This document shows, one piece after another, positions 47,897 through 61,861 of a DNA stretch of 64,000 bases. Each line of letters starts with the position of its first letter. Within the stretch, counting starts at the first letter, position 1. The notes under the pieces were generated by a model, which saw nothing but the letters and a program-made list of their open reading frames with translations, searched no databases and was not told where the DNA came from. A program made the translations under genes and the position numbers. Source of the stretch: Eledone cirrhosa. Its lineage: Eukaryota. The stretch lies in assembly GCA_964016885.1 (NCBI GenBank), contig OZ024752.1:41044001-41108000 (forward strand), given 5' to 3'.

Positions 47897-48098
47897 AGAG
47901 GGGAACCTCGGTTCACGAACACCTCTCAACACGAACAAATTAGTTTACGAACAATTTTTTTTTCCGAACATAAGATGTCTCGGTTGACGAATTGTGTCTT
48001 GAGTATCGAACATGCAAGCCAGCAATAACGGTTGACGACAAGCATCACTTGCTGTGTGGGTAGTTACTATGGTGATATCTATCTGTCTTTCACAGACG

Positions 48099-48146
<48 letters not shown>

Positions 48147-48235
48147 ATTTCGTATGAGAACAATAGTGTTTTGGTTTACTAATATTTCGGATGACGACGG
48201 CCTTCAGGAACGATGCAGATTGGTAGACGAGAAAC
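47897..48235. mobile_element. Degenerate pogo/Tigger-like MITE
   Basis: Left end GGAACCTCGGTTCACGAAC with repeated ACGAAC subterminal motifs; right end decayed. Confidence 0.45.
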
Positions 48236-48481
48236 ACATAAAATTGTGAGAAGCACAATTAAGGTGACCCCTGAATCCTAGGTGGAATTGTAAAGGTTTG
48301 GTATAAGGTGGTAATACAATGGTGTAGCTGTAGCGAGAGAAACTTTTACTCTCACTTTTAAGGGCAGATGGTTAAACCCCTTAACTACTATAGAGATTTC
48401 TGGGAAGGATATTAAAATTAGAACTCAAAGAAAAAAAGACAATAGGCGAGAGAGAGAGAGAGACGAGTGCGAGGGGGGTGA

Positions 48482-48518
<37 letters not shown>

Positions 48519-48602
48519 TGAGAGGAGTGAGAGAGAGATATATAGAGAGAGAAAAAGAGAGGAGTGAGAGAGAGTCAGAGGGAGAGAGTGAGTGAGAGAT
48601 AG

Positions 48603-48671
<69 letters not shown>

Positions 48672-48906
48672 TATAGATAGATAGAGATATAGAGAGAGGG
48701 AGAGAGAGAGAGGGGGGGGGGGGTGATGCTTGAAGATGAAAAGTAACAGGAATGGAAAGGATCAGAGGAATGGCTAAAGGAAGCGATTATCAAAAGGAAT
48801 TGTCGGCGCCAGACCAGTTCCGACCAACAACCCTACACCCCTCTCAGTAATAAGATGTTATAAAATCCCATCTTCTGGGCTTTTCATCCTATACACACAC
48901 GCACAT

Positions 48907-48948
<42 letters not shown>

Positions 48949-48951
<3 letters not shown>

Positions 48952-49149
48952 AACGAGTAGGACCCCAACGGCTGAGCTCAAGCCGTTTCGACGGCTAATT
49001 CTGGACTACTTTAGTCCAGAATTAGCCGTCGAAACGGCTTCAGCTCAGCCGTCGGGGTCCTACTCGTTCCTATTACCCACTCTACTACCCTAAGTATTGA
49101 GTACTTTGGTGCGTTATGGTCCACCTGGTTCCTTACCACATTTCCTTCG

Positions 49150-49150
<1 letters not shown>
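48949..49150 (+). mobile_element. Family A fold-back element, most complete copy
   Basis: About 60 bp arms around CTGGACTA-CTT-TAGTCCAG plus an ~80 bp tail. Confidence 0.85.
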
Positions 49151-49219
<69 letters not shown>

Positions 49220-49700
49220 TAATTCAAAATATTAACAAAATATATATTCTTGTGATCAAGTATATTTTATTATACATATTTCATATTTCAGAGGTACTGA
49301 GTTAACTTCAACAGTACGTCCTCATCAGATAAAATAAGATGATGCATGACATACCCTGACATAGTAGATGGTTAAGATTCAGTCATGGTAGTGAGTAAGA
49401 TATGACAAAACTCAATATTTATATACCTTAATATTCAGAACATGAGAAAAATATATAATACATAATATAGAGAGGGTACGTGTGAGACAGCTTAAAAAAT
49501 ACTTAGCATCAATATATATATATATATATTGTTATACTTGGGGAGGGTCATATTGTTGTAATAATATTGCCAGAAATAATAACAGAAAACACTCACTGTT
49601 TGGTTGGTTTTCGCCTCGGTATCTTTTATATCGCCATAGTTAATTTATTTGGCAATCAATTGAACGGTTAAAAATACAGATATAAATATATATATATAGT

Positions 49701-49746
49701 CTATCAAAGTTCTTTCGTTGCACATCTGAAACCTCATCAGTGGTAG
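49701..49746 (-). ncRNA. Hammerhead ribozyme within a family N-like element (49529-49885)
   Basis: CTACCA-CTGATGA-G-GTT...AAC-GAAA-GAAC-TT-TGATAG. Confidence 0.65.
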
Positions 49747-49877
49747 TAGTAGTATCTTCCCTCCTATTGTATTGTAATGTCTACACCATTTCTATTTTAT
49801 TTCTGACAATATTACAACAATATGACCCTCCCCAAGTATAACAATATTTGTTTTGACACACGATTTCACATTTGCAA

Positions 49878-49920
<43 letters not shown>

Positions 49921-49996
49921 ATGTATATATAAATACACACACATATATATATATATATATATATTTACTTACGTAATATATATATATACACAAGTA

Positions 49997-50032
<36 letters not shown>

Positions 50033-50090
50033 AATACACTCACACACATATATGTGTGTGTGTGCGCGCCTTACAACTATGTACGCATAA

Positions 50091-50128
<38 letters not shown>

Positions 50129-50567
50129 GTGTGTGTATGTATATAGTGATGCCGATCGTATTTAAATCACATTAGAGGAACATGCATGCATAACTACTGT
50201 CCAGTAAACAAGCAAGCAGACGACCATTTCTATCAGTGCAGCACACACGCATATGCACAATCCCTGGTAAGCTGCATCACACGACTGCATGCAGAAATGC
50301 AGCCCGACAAGAGAGACTGCATACACACAATCGATATGCTAGAAATAGCAGCTAAATTTTCTAGGAATCATTCACACTCTACCACCATCTTAACAAAGGA
50401 TTACGTTTGACACAATGTAGTCCATGATATACCATGACTGTATAAAAGTTGGGATGTTCATGGCTGGAACGTCTTTAAGTCTTTAAACATAGGACTACTA
50501 TATGATGGCTGTGAATGGCGGCTAAGCGACAATAGCAACAACAACAACAGGAAGAATTCCACATAAT

Positions 50568-50762
50568 ATAATTGTTTCTACTTTTGGCACAAGGCCAGCA
50601 ATTATCCCAGTGCATTACTGGTACTTTATTTTATCGACCCCTTAAGGATGAAAGGCAAATAATGTTAACCTTGGCGGGATTTGAACTCGGAACGTAAAGG
50701 GCCGTAACTCTATGCTTCGTAGCAAGGTATCCGACTCTCTAACGATACTACTAATCCACCAC

Positions 50763-50807
<45 letters not shown>

Positions 50808-50998
50808 GGAAAAATTTGAACAGGAACAAAACAGAGAGGCAGTACAACGAATGTTTATTAATTTCACGCTCTGGAGAGTGGGGTGTTGGTGGGGAACGAC
50901 GTTTCGGGCATAAACCCTTCCTCAGGTGAGAAGTGTGTGGGAACAGAGTTCAAAGGGTGTGTAGGGGAGTGGTGGAGAGACATATAGCGAAAGGAAAC

Positions 50999-51080
<82 letters not shown>

Positions 51081-51288
51081 CACACACACACAATATAATT
51101 GTTTCTACTTTTGGCACAAGGCCAGCAATTATCCCAGTACATTACTGGTACTTTATTTCATCGACCCCGTAGGGAAGACAGGCAAAGTTAACCTCTGCGG
51201 GATTTGAACTAAGTACGTACAGAGCTGTAACTCTATGCTGCGAAGCAAGGTGTCCGACGCTCTACCGATTCTGCCAATCCACCACCCG
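50568..51288 (-). mobile_element. Two SINE-A copies (50568-50765 and 51095-51288) flanking a Penelope-like end (50806-50997)
   Basis: SINE boxes on minus; the middle element has AC-CTGAGGA-AGGGTTTATGCCC-GAAA-CG-TC-GT at 50896-50927 and a downstream AATAAA. Confidence 0.8.
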
Positions 51289-51605
51289 TACTCCACATAT
51301 ATATTGTAATCTTCTGTGGTCGATAATATGAATACTAGGAAATTTGTTTGCTTGTCTTAAAACTGTAGAACGGTGATATGGGGTGAGATCCTCACTAGAT
51401 GAGTCTGTGATCCAGTTTAGTTTTTAGGATGACGCAAGTAAACCTTACTTTTGCGGTTAATACCCTAGGGAAAACATAACTATCACAGCACCATGTAATT
51501 TATCTTGCAATGAACAGACAATGGTTGTTATACGACCTAGAGGTTAGGGCGTTCGATTTACGACCATAATGTAATTACTTCGATTCCTCGTCTGGGTTTT
51601 TGTGT

Positions 51606-51655
<50 letters not shown>

Positions 51656-52214
51656 GTGTGTGTGTGTGTGTGTTTTAGTTAAACACTTCATTTCATGTTG
51701 CTCCAGTAGATTCAGTTGAAAATGAGTACCAGTAATAGCTGGGGGTTTCTTCATCTTATAGTGTCCACACTTATAACTGTTGCTTGTGGTAGTTATAGGA
51801 TTAGCAGTATCTTATCAATACTCTCAGGGCCACGGCGAAGACGATCCTATCGTGACCCCAGCTGAAGGTTAACTCTTGAGATGGATTGGTGTCCTCTCTA
51901 GTGAGGAGTCTTGTATTCACAGTCGCTTAACCCTGGTGAAACTGGGATAAGCTCAGGTTTGATGAGCCCCCAGGCTTGTAACAGACTTAAACTTTTAACT
52001 TTACAGTTGTTATTAGCCATAGATCAACACTTATTAATTAGATCTATATTCAAACTCATACCACCCACCGACATCCCACGCGGCTTTCTTTGAGACAAAT
52101 GTAAATCCTAAGCATTCTCGTGTTTATTTTGACATACATTATCAATCCTAAGAAATTATGAGAGCAATCATACAATTACCACGATCATATCATGAAACTA
52201 AATGATTGTTCTCA

Positions 52215-52461
52215 TGTGTGTGACAGCTCACACCTATGTAGGTTTAGCTGGCCTCCTCCAAGGTATATCTCGTTGGAGGTGTCTTGGGTGATTTAATGAT
52301 AGTGACCCCAGTCCTATCACCTCATTTCTACAACTGAGTAAACTGGAGCAACGTGAAATAAAGTGTCTTGTTCAAGGAAACAACACATCACCCGGTCCGA
52401 GAATTGAACTCACAATCTTTCGATTGCAAGCCCAATGCTCTAACCACTGAGCCATGCGCCT
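52215..52461 (-). mobile_element. SINE-B, tail type 2
   Basis: Homologous to 44643-44889. Confidence 0.8.
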
Positions 52462-52721
52462 GCCTTCTCATAACTTCTTAGAATTGATTACGTTTTGTAC
52501 ATAAAACTATGTATCTAGAAATTGTTTATATGCCTGCCCAACACTTCTACATCTATGTTCTGATCTTCTTCGTAAACCATCCAATTAGATGAGCATTGTT
52601 GAGAAAGAGACAAACCTTCGACGGGCTGAAGTCTCAACCCAGATCAATTCCAGCTTCAAATTCATTTTATTTCATCCACAACATAAACTTATTTAAGTTT
52701 ATGCTGTGGGTGAAATATAAT

Positions 52722-52908
52722 TGTTTCTACTTTTGGCACAAGGCCAGCAATTATCCCATTGCATTACTGATACTTTATTTTATCAACCCCGTAAGGATGA
52801 AAGGCAAAGTTAACCTCGGCGGGATTTGAACTCAAACTGTAAAGGGCCGCGAAACTCATGCTGCAAAGCATGGCGTTCGACCCTCAACCGATTCTGCCAA
52901 TCCACCGA
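52722..52908 (-). mobile_element. SINE-A with a 17 bp target-site duplication
   Basis: TGTGGGTGAA(A/C)TATAAT at 52705-52721 and 52909-52925. Confidence 0.9.
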
Positions 52909-53611
52909 TGTGGGTGAACTATAATGCTGAACTTACATACTTGTAACCATAACAAACTTGAGAACAACATAAGAGTCACCACATCTTACTTATTCCATCT
53001 ATAATATCATAATTATTTTATTTAAGTTAGAAATCAATGAATATTAGCAGTATTCACTTTCCTTCATCGTTTTGTAATCATACAATTTGTAATTATTCTA
53101 AGTGATATATGACCTTCCTCTACATCTGGCTGAATGTCTTTTGAATCAAACTCTGCGTCTATCAGATTCTTGATTTTCTTATAGATGTAGAAACACGTCT
53201 GTTTGATATATCTGGAAGCACAACTGTCTTTTTTCCCTAGCTAATGTTGTCATTCCTATTGCTGATGTGACTAAAACGCATGGGATGTGATGTTTTGCGC
53301 TGGTAGTATAAGCCTGTGCATTGCATTCTATCGTGTTTACTTGCACGGCTTGGCTGCAAAAGTAGCTTAAATATCGGAGAAGTAGCGGAGGCGAGGGGAG
53401 TGTACTTAAGTTGGAAAATGACAAGTGTACAACATAAGAAGAAATACGCGTGTCATTTCATATTAGTTCAACGCCATAGAGAGACTGTGAGTAGTAATGG
53501 TGATGCGGGTGATAGAAAGAAGAGAAGAGCATAGATTGAATCAGATGTATCACATAAAGAAATTAACTGATTTGTTGTAGAAACAGAAGGATTTAAGCAC
53601 AATGAAAAATA

Positions 53612-53985
53612 AGAATTTCTAGTATAGGCACAAGGCCAGTAATTTGGTGGGAGGAGAAAGTGGATTAAATCGACCCCAGTACGTTACTGGTGCTTTATTT
53701 TATTGAGCCCTTAAGGATGAAAGGCAAAGTTAACCCCGGTGGGATTTGGACTCAGACCTTAAAGGGCCATAACTCTGTGCTGAAAAGCATGGCGTCTGAC
53801 CCTCTACCGATACTGCCTGTCAATAATTGTTTCTACTTTTGGCACAAGGCCAGCAATTTCCCCAGTGCATTACTGGTACTTTATTTTATCGACCGCGTAA
53901 GGATGAGAGGCAAAGTTAACCGCGGCGGGTTTTGAACTCAGACCGCAAACGGCCGTAACTCTATGCTGCAAAGCATGGTGTCCGA
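53612..53985 (-). mobile_element. Two adjacent SINE-A copies
   Basis: Two body/tail sets on the minus strand. Confidence 0.8.
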
Positions 53986-54341
53986 ATAAATGAATGTTTT
54001 ACAGTTAATGTGTGAGCTTAATCTGCATGGCAGATTGATACATTTTCTATCAGCGCTGGGGCAAGGGGTTTCTCAAAAGGACACGTTCTGTTGACCAACT
54101 AGCATACAGATTTAGAAGGTCTCTAGACAAATTAAAATTGAATTGATTATTAAATAATAATAATAATAATAAAATTATTGTGTACAGTGCTCAGGTGCAC
54201 TACAACTCATCAAAGGTGCATGTAGAGTACATAGAATAATGTTCAAATGTCAGGAAAATGAACAATGCTATATCAAGCGTTAACCTAATATATACCTTCC
54301 ATATACTGTACCGATTGTGTTGTTATTTCTGTTTACCTTTT

Positions 54342-54404
<63 letters not shown>

Positions 54405-54521
54405 ATATATAATAAGTATAATACAAGGTATTAAATTTAAAAAAAAACACCTCAAAGGCCTCAAAAATAAAATGGATAACTTGAAAAAACAAATAAGATC
54501 CTCGTAAAATCTGACAAAACT

Positions 54522-54594
<73 letters not shown>

Positions 54595-54684
54595 TAGGGC
54601 ATTCACCATTCTAATAAATATTGCCTCTACAGGTAATCAAAGTGTGTACACAGGTTTTGGGGACACCCTGTGTATATATGTATA

Positions 54685-55077
54685 CGAGGGTAATCCCAAA
54701 AGTAAGGTCCTCAAAGCGATGGGGGCGCAGAGAAACTGTTCGTGCGGCTGTTGGCAACACTGTTGTGATTGGTGCTTCCTTCACTCCCAAACAAGCATGC
54801 GCGCGCTTCACTAGGATGCTCAATCCTGGCTTGGCAGCCGTTGAGAAAGGAGCTCCCGTTGAACACTACCACCAAGTGCGAATTTCGCGCAGTTATTATA
54901 TAGAGGGCAACCCCAAATGTAAGGTCTCCTTCCGAGGAAAACATGCGTAAAAATCGGCGGATCACTTTGGATGCTCTCTGCATTTTGGTTCCTGAGGTTT
55001 CCCCAAGCACCATCCACAGGATTTTAACGGAAAAGTTGGAATATCGAAAGGAGACCTTACTTTTGAGATTGCCCTCG
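54685..55077. mobile_element. Mariner-type MITE with TA target duplication
   Basis: TA|CGAGGGTAATCCCAAAAGTAAGGTC ... GACCTTACTTTTGAGATTGCCCTCG|TA; an extra internal TIR-like copy at about 54902. Confidence 0.85.
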
Positions 55078-55096
55078 TATATATATATATATATAT

Positions 55097-55415
<319 letters not shown>

Positions 55416-56012
55416 CTACATTCTCTTTCCCGTGATACTTTTCAACATTTATTAAGGAGTCTTCCTCTTTCGTTGAGAAAGAAAGAAAGAAAGAAAGAAG
55501 GTGATAAAGAAAAGGTAACAGAGAGAGTGAGAGAGAGAGTGGGAGAGAGAGAGAGAGGGAGAGGTACAGAGAGAGAGGGGGGGGGGAGTAAGGTATCACC
55601 ATCCCTTGCTACTGTGACACTATAACGAACATTTTAATATAATTACCGCCTTATTTCATTTTCACCTGATTCTCCTCCTCCTTCTTCCCTCCCCCCCTTC
55701 TTCCTCCTACTCCCGTAATATTCACCCCCCTCCCTACTTCTACAGCCCATCCTACCTGTTTAGAATATAAGGCAACACCTATCACGAATAAATTATTCAT
55801 TAAACGAATAATCAAATGAATTACCAGAATAGATAATTCAATGACGTCCTTGAAACTTCAGATTCGGTGAGCCACGACCTTGGCAAAATTGTTTTTTTTT
55901 ATTTCTCAAGGTCACCAAAGGCGACAAAGGAGATTGTATTGTTTAGTGTTCTTTATTTATGTATTTATTCTATTTCTTTTGACAGTTGAAATATATAGTT
56001 TTGTTCTTCATG

Positions 56013-56043
<31 letters not shown>

Positions 56044-56074
56044 GTATGTATATATATATATATATATATACATA

Positions 56075-57006
56075 CATACATCTTAACGACCATTCGTGGA
56101 CGCATCCACACACACACACAAACACACACACACACAAACACACACAAACACACACACATAGACACATGTACATACATACATCTTAACGACCATTCGTGGA
56201 CGCATACACACACAAACACACACACAAACACACACACACACACACACACTCACACACATACACGCATGGACATACATATATGTTAACGAACGTCAATGGA
56301 CGCATACACACACAAACACACACACACATGTACATACACACACATAGACACATGTACATACATATATATTAACTAACATCAATGGACGCATACACACACA
56401 AACACACACACATAGACACATGTACATACACACACATTAACGAACATTCGTAGACGCATCCACACACACACACACATCCACACACACACACGTACACACT
56501 CACACACATACACACATGCACACTCACACACATACACACATGGACATATATATATATTAACTAACATCAATGGACGCATACACACACAAACACACACACA
56601 CATGTACATACACAAACATAGACACATGTACATACATATATTAACTAACATCAATGGACGCATACACACACACATGTACATACACACACGTAGACACATG
56701 TACATACATATATATTAACGAACATTCGTAGACGCATCCACACACACACACACACACACAAACACACACATCCACACACATACACACACACACACATACA
56801 CACTCACACACATACACACATGGACATACATATATTAACTAACATCAATGGACGCATCCACACACACACACACACACAAACACACACATCCACACACATA
56901 CACACACACACACATACACACTCACACACATACACACATGGACATACATATATTAACTAACATCAATGGACGCATACACACACACACACACACACACATA
57001 CACACT

Positions 57007-57045
<39 letters not shown>

Positions 57046-57285
57046 ACATACACACATGGACATACATATATATTAACTAACATCAATGGACGCATACACA
57101 CACAAACACACACACACACATGTACATACGCACACATTAACGAACATTCGTAGACGCACCCACACACAGACACACACACATCCACACACACACGTACACA
57201 CACACACTTACACACACACACACATCCACACACACACGTACACACACACACTTGCATACACATACACACATGTACATACATATAT
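56075..57285. repeat. CA-rich minisatellite with spacer TTAAC(T/G)AACAT...GACGCAT
   Basis: Direct reading; about 12 units. Confidence 0.85.
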
Positions 57286-57288
57286 ATT

Positions 57289-57472
57289 AACTGTTTCTAC
57301 GTTAGGCACAAGGCCAGCAATTACCCAGTGTATTACTGGTACTTTATTTTATCGACCCCGTAAGGATGAAAGGCAAAGTTAACCTAGGCGGGATTTGAAC
57401 TCAGAATGGCAAGGGCCGTAACTCTATGCGTCAAAGCATGGCGTCCAACCCTCTACCAATACTGCCAATCCA
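57289..57472 (-). mobile_element. SINE-A copy
   Basis: Full head, body and tail on the minus strand. Confidence 0.85.
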
Positions 57473-57735
57473 CACACAAACACTCACACACACTCTCACA
57501 TACACACATACACACATACACACACTCACACACTCACGCACGCACACATTCACATACACATATATTCATCCATATACGCCCTATTCATGTATTCTTTTAC
57601 TAGTATCGGTCAATAGACTGCGGCCATGATGGAGCCCCGGCTTTTATTTAGTTGATCAATTCAACCCCACTACGGATTTTTACGTCTCGATAACTTTTTT
57701 TGTCGAAGCCCCTACTGATATGGATACAAATATAT

Positions 57736-57767
<32 letters not shown>

Positions 57768-57789
57768 TTATATATATATATATATTATT

Positions 57790-57988
57790 ATTGTTATACT
57801 TTGGGAGGGTCATGTTGCCAATAAGAAACACACGCACCAGTTGCTTTCACTTCAATTTATTATAATAAATTTATAATAAATTTATAAATTTATAAATTTC
57901 TGGTTGACCCTCCCAAAGTATAACAATATCGGTTTCAACACACGATTTCAGATAAAGAATCTTGCTAAACAAATTCAGAAACGAAATA
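57790..57988. mobile_element. Family N element (short)
   Basis: Reverse-orientation homolog of 21645-21938, lacking the hammerhead. Confidence 0.75.
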
Positions 57989-58146
57989 TATTATTATTAC
58001 TATATATATATATATATAGTGATCCTGGCTCTATTTTGTACTCCTGAAGAAGGGCTTGAACCTGACACCTCGAACTTTCTTTCCTCTTTCCAATATAAAG
58101 CGTGGAATTAATAAGACTTTTTGTACCTATGTTTGTTGTCTCCTTG

Positions 58147-58185
<39 letters not shown>

Positions 58186-58190
<5 letters not shown>

Positions 58191-58486
58191 TAAAATAACA
58201 GATTAAAGTTTAAGCAAAGAATCGCTGCTTTCACCCTTAACGGGATCTTCTGAAACTAACAAAGTCAATCTGTAAACGCAGAACTGGATATTTCAAAAAA
58301 CGTTGCAACCGGAGGAAGACAGGAAGACGATACTTTGGTTCGTGGTAACGTTCGCTGGCAAAGAACGGGAAAAAACGAATAATACGTCATTAATAGGAGC
58401 GGTGAAAATCTACGGTTCTTATATATTTGATATATATTTTCCTTATCGAGCCCTCTTTGGATTTTAGTCTTCAATTTTATTATTAT

Positions 58487-58490
<4 letters not shown>
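58186..58490. mobile_element. Family K element; shorter two-ended versions at 59542-59651 and 61411-61483, and an end fragment at 5347-5393
   Basis: Shared ends AATCTGTTATTTTAATAAA and AGTAATAATAATAAA..GAAGACTAAAATCC; decayed core CAGAAGA-TCCC-GTTAA-GGGT-GAAA on minus. Confidence 0.65.
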
Positions 58491-58568
<78 letters not shown>

Positions 58569-58765
58569 AATTAAGATTGTACTGCTTTTCCCCCAACTTA
58601 CACAAAGTCTGAGGATAAAGTTTCTCTTCTTGATTTGTTTTGAATTAAGACTGTATTACTTTTCCCTCATCTTACGTTAAACATGTTTACATCTTGATGG
58701 TATAGTCAGTTATATGTGTGAATTATTGTCGGCATTTTGCTTACATTAATTTCTCTATTTTCATA

Positions 58766-58816
<51 letters not shown>

Positions 58817-58821
<5 letters not shown>

Positions 58822-59169
58822 TGTAATAAACAACAAAAAGGCAATTATTTCATTTACCAGTGGTTTCTTAAAAGCAAAACAATTTTGCTTTCAATCATCA
58901 GAATGAAAAAATCCTGGTGTATTTATTGGCGTTGGAGTTTAAAAACAAATTTAAAAAAAAAAATGTTTAAACAATTTTAAAATCCAACGCCAATAAATAC
59001 ACCAGGATTTTTTTCATTCTGATGATTGAAAGCAAAATTTTTTTGCTTTTAAGAAACCACTGGTAAATGAAATAATTGCCTTATGTTGTTTATTACATAA
59101 CTATTAAGCTCTGTTACCTACATAGAGCACTCTTTTTTCCTGGACTTTTCCGACGGAATTACTTCATTC
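58817..59169 (+). mobile_element. Family E fold-back element
   Basis: About 125 bp arms; CTGATGA-TT-GAAA at 59019-59031; the tail also occurs at 20901-20962 and 42882-42943. Confidence 0.8.
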
Positions 59170-59191
59170 ACACACACATATATATATATAT

Positions 59192-59487
59192 GTAAAAGTT
59201 CTATTTAAATTGTTGGGATACAACAAGCAAATATTTTTATAACTGATATAAAGCACTCAACAAATAATTGGAGTAAAAATACGATATTAACAAATGGAAA
59301 CTATATTTATAAAACAATATTTATTTCATTATACATTTTTCAAGGACACCAAGTTAAATTATGGTGTGCTTTCATCAGATAAAATATAATATAGAGCAGT
59401 TTTATAAATAATTTAACTTGGTGTCCTTGAAATATGTATAATGAAATAAATATGCTTTTATAAATATAGTTTCGATTTGTTAATATC

Positions 59488-59489
<2 letters not shown>
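59192..59489 (-). mobile_element. Family D fold-back element; hammerhead at 59322-59386 (-)
   Basis: TATTTTAT-CTGATGA-AAGCACACCA...TGGTGTCCTT-GAAA...ATGAAATA. Confidence 0.8.
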
Positions 59490-59545
<56 letters not shown>

Positions 59546-59646
59546 ATAATAATAAATTTGAAGACTAAAATCCAAAGAGGGCTCGATAAGGATAAATATA
59601 TATCAAATATATAAGAACCGTAGAGCAAATATAATCTGTTATTTTA

Positions 59647-59698
<52 letters not shown>

Positions 59699-59701
<3 letters not shown>

Positions 59702-59806
59702 AACGAGTAGGACCCCGACGGCTGAGCTCAAGCCGTTTCGACGGCTAATTCTGGACTCAATTCTGGTGCGTTATGGTCCACCTGGTTCCTTACCACATCT
59801 CCTTCG

Positions 59807-59807
<1 letters not shown>
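59699..59807 (+). mobile_element. Family A element: inverted arm plus short tail
   Basis: Same fixed ends as other copies. Confidence 0.8.
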
Positions 59808-59865
<58 letters not shown>

Positions 59866-60169
59866 AAGAATGAAGAGTAACATGGTTGGCTGTACAATAA
59901 GGAGCATTACAATATACACAGAAATTAAACGAAGACTGCGTTACACTGACTTGTAATCAGTAACGTAATCCATGATACATTAAAAGAAAGACGATATTAT
60001 ATATAAACTGCTTTAGGAGAAAATTAATATGTTTATTTAAGCGATCGCCACCGGAAGTGTTGACATTTGAAAGTTTTAAAGAAGGGAATCTTTAAATAAA
60101 TAATAAAATATATTTAATGAACAGCGACGAAATTTAGTAGATAAATTATGTAATATTCATTCATTATTT

Positions 60170-60575
60170 AACGTCCCTTTACAGTCTGAGTTCAAATCCC
60201 GCCGAGGTTAACTTTGCCTTTCATCCTTACGGGGTCGATAAAATAAAGTACCAGTAATGTACTGGGTAATTGCTGGCCTTGTGCCAAAAGTAGAAACAAT
60301 TATTATTGCCGAGGTTGATTTTGCCTTTCATCCTTACGGGGTCGATAAAATAAAGTACCAGTAATGCACTGGGTAATTGCTGGCCTTGTGCCTAAAGTAG
60401 AAACAATTATTTATTCAAAGTGCTTTGCAGCACAGTTACGTCCCTTTACGAACTGAGTTCAAATCCCGCCGAGGTTAACTTTGCCTTTCATCCTTACGGG
60501 GTCGATAAAATAAAGTACCAGTAATGTACTGGGTAATTGCTGGCCTTGTGCCAAAAAGTAGAAACAATTATTTAT
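60170..60575 (+). mobile_element. Three tandem 5' truncated SINE-A copies
   Basis: Repeated GCCTTTCATCCTTACGGGGTCGATAAAATAAAGTACCAGT...GTAGAAACAATTAT. Confidence 0.85.
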
Positions 60576-60977
60576 TCAAAGTAATCCAACTTATTTTACT
60601 AAGGGGATAAAAAAAATTATAAACCGTACGCAGTCCCGCACTTCTTACTTTATTATAGTTTAGATTTCATTACTGCACTAGGGCTTGATGTACACAACCA
60701 CAAGGATATGGTCCGGATGTTGAAGAGCCGAACTCCCACAGTCATCGCCTCCATCTCTCTCGCTGTTGTTGATTCGTCTGTTTGAGTTCCCAAGCTTAAA
60801 GGCATTTCAGTTTTTTTTTCAATTGTAAATAGTAATTTGGCTTGTTTAAGATTATTGAAAAGCTCAGATTAATTCTACAAGTAAACAAGCCAGCGTTTCA
60901 ACAAATTTTAATTGTTTTAAAATCATTAATTTAAAACATTCCAGCACCGTTATAAAAATAAGGCGCTGACAGGGATG

Positions 60978-61031
<54 letters not shown>

Positions 61032-61108
61032 AGAGAAAGAGAGAGGGAGGAGAGACAGAGAGGGAAAGTGAGAGAGAGAGAGAGATATACACAGAGAGAG
61101 AGAGAGAC

Positions 61109-61169
<61 letters not shown>

Positions 61170-61184
61170 GAGAGATAGTAAATA

Positions 61185-61231
<47 letters not shown>

Positions 61232-61277
61232 AAATGTAAATCTGAGCTTTTCGAATATTAATAATAATATTCGATTC

Positions 61278-61345
<68 letters not shown>

Positions 61346-61504
61346 CATATATATGTATATGTACATATATATATCTATATATACACACACATATATATAT
61401 ATATATATATAGTAATAATAATAAATGTGAAGACTAAAATCCCAAGATTCTTTGCTTAAACTTTAATCTGTTAGTTTAATAAATATATATATATATATAT
61501 GTGT

Positions 61505-61604
<100 letters not shown>

Positions 61605-61861
61605 ATATTAATGTAAAGGTATGAGTATCTGCTCTTAAGCATAGGCGTTGAATAAGAAGTTCGCTTGGCCGTTATGCGGTCTAAAATTTGAGCCTACTGC
61701 GCCGAATCTTGGACCCTTTTTACCATAGCTTCATGTCAACTTAGGCAATGAGAAAAACCCTGAAGAGTTGTGATATTTATACTTTAGAAATTCTTTGTCA
61801 CGAGTATGAATTGCTCAAGGCTCAACTTTACTGAACCTTTTTTGCTGCACTGAAATATATA

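Noticed and set aside
48949-49150. Fold-backs as TA-targeting MITEs
   Set aside because: The inverted repeat is not terminal (one-sided tail), its length varies down to zero, and hammerhead motifs point to an RNA intermediate.
58040-58080. CTGAAGA-AGGGCTTGAACCT as a hammerhead
   Set aside because: The GAAA and stem III are not intact; at most a decayed relative of 50896-50927.
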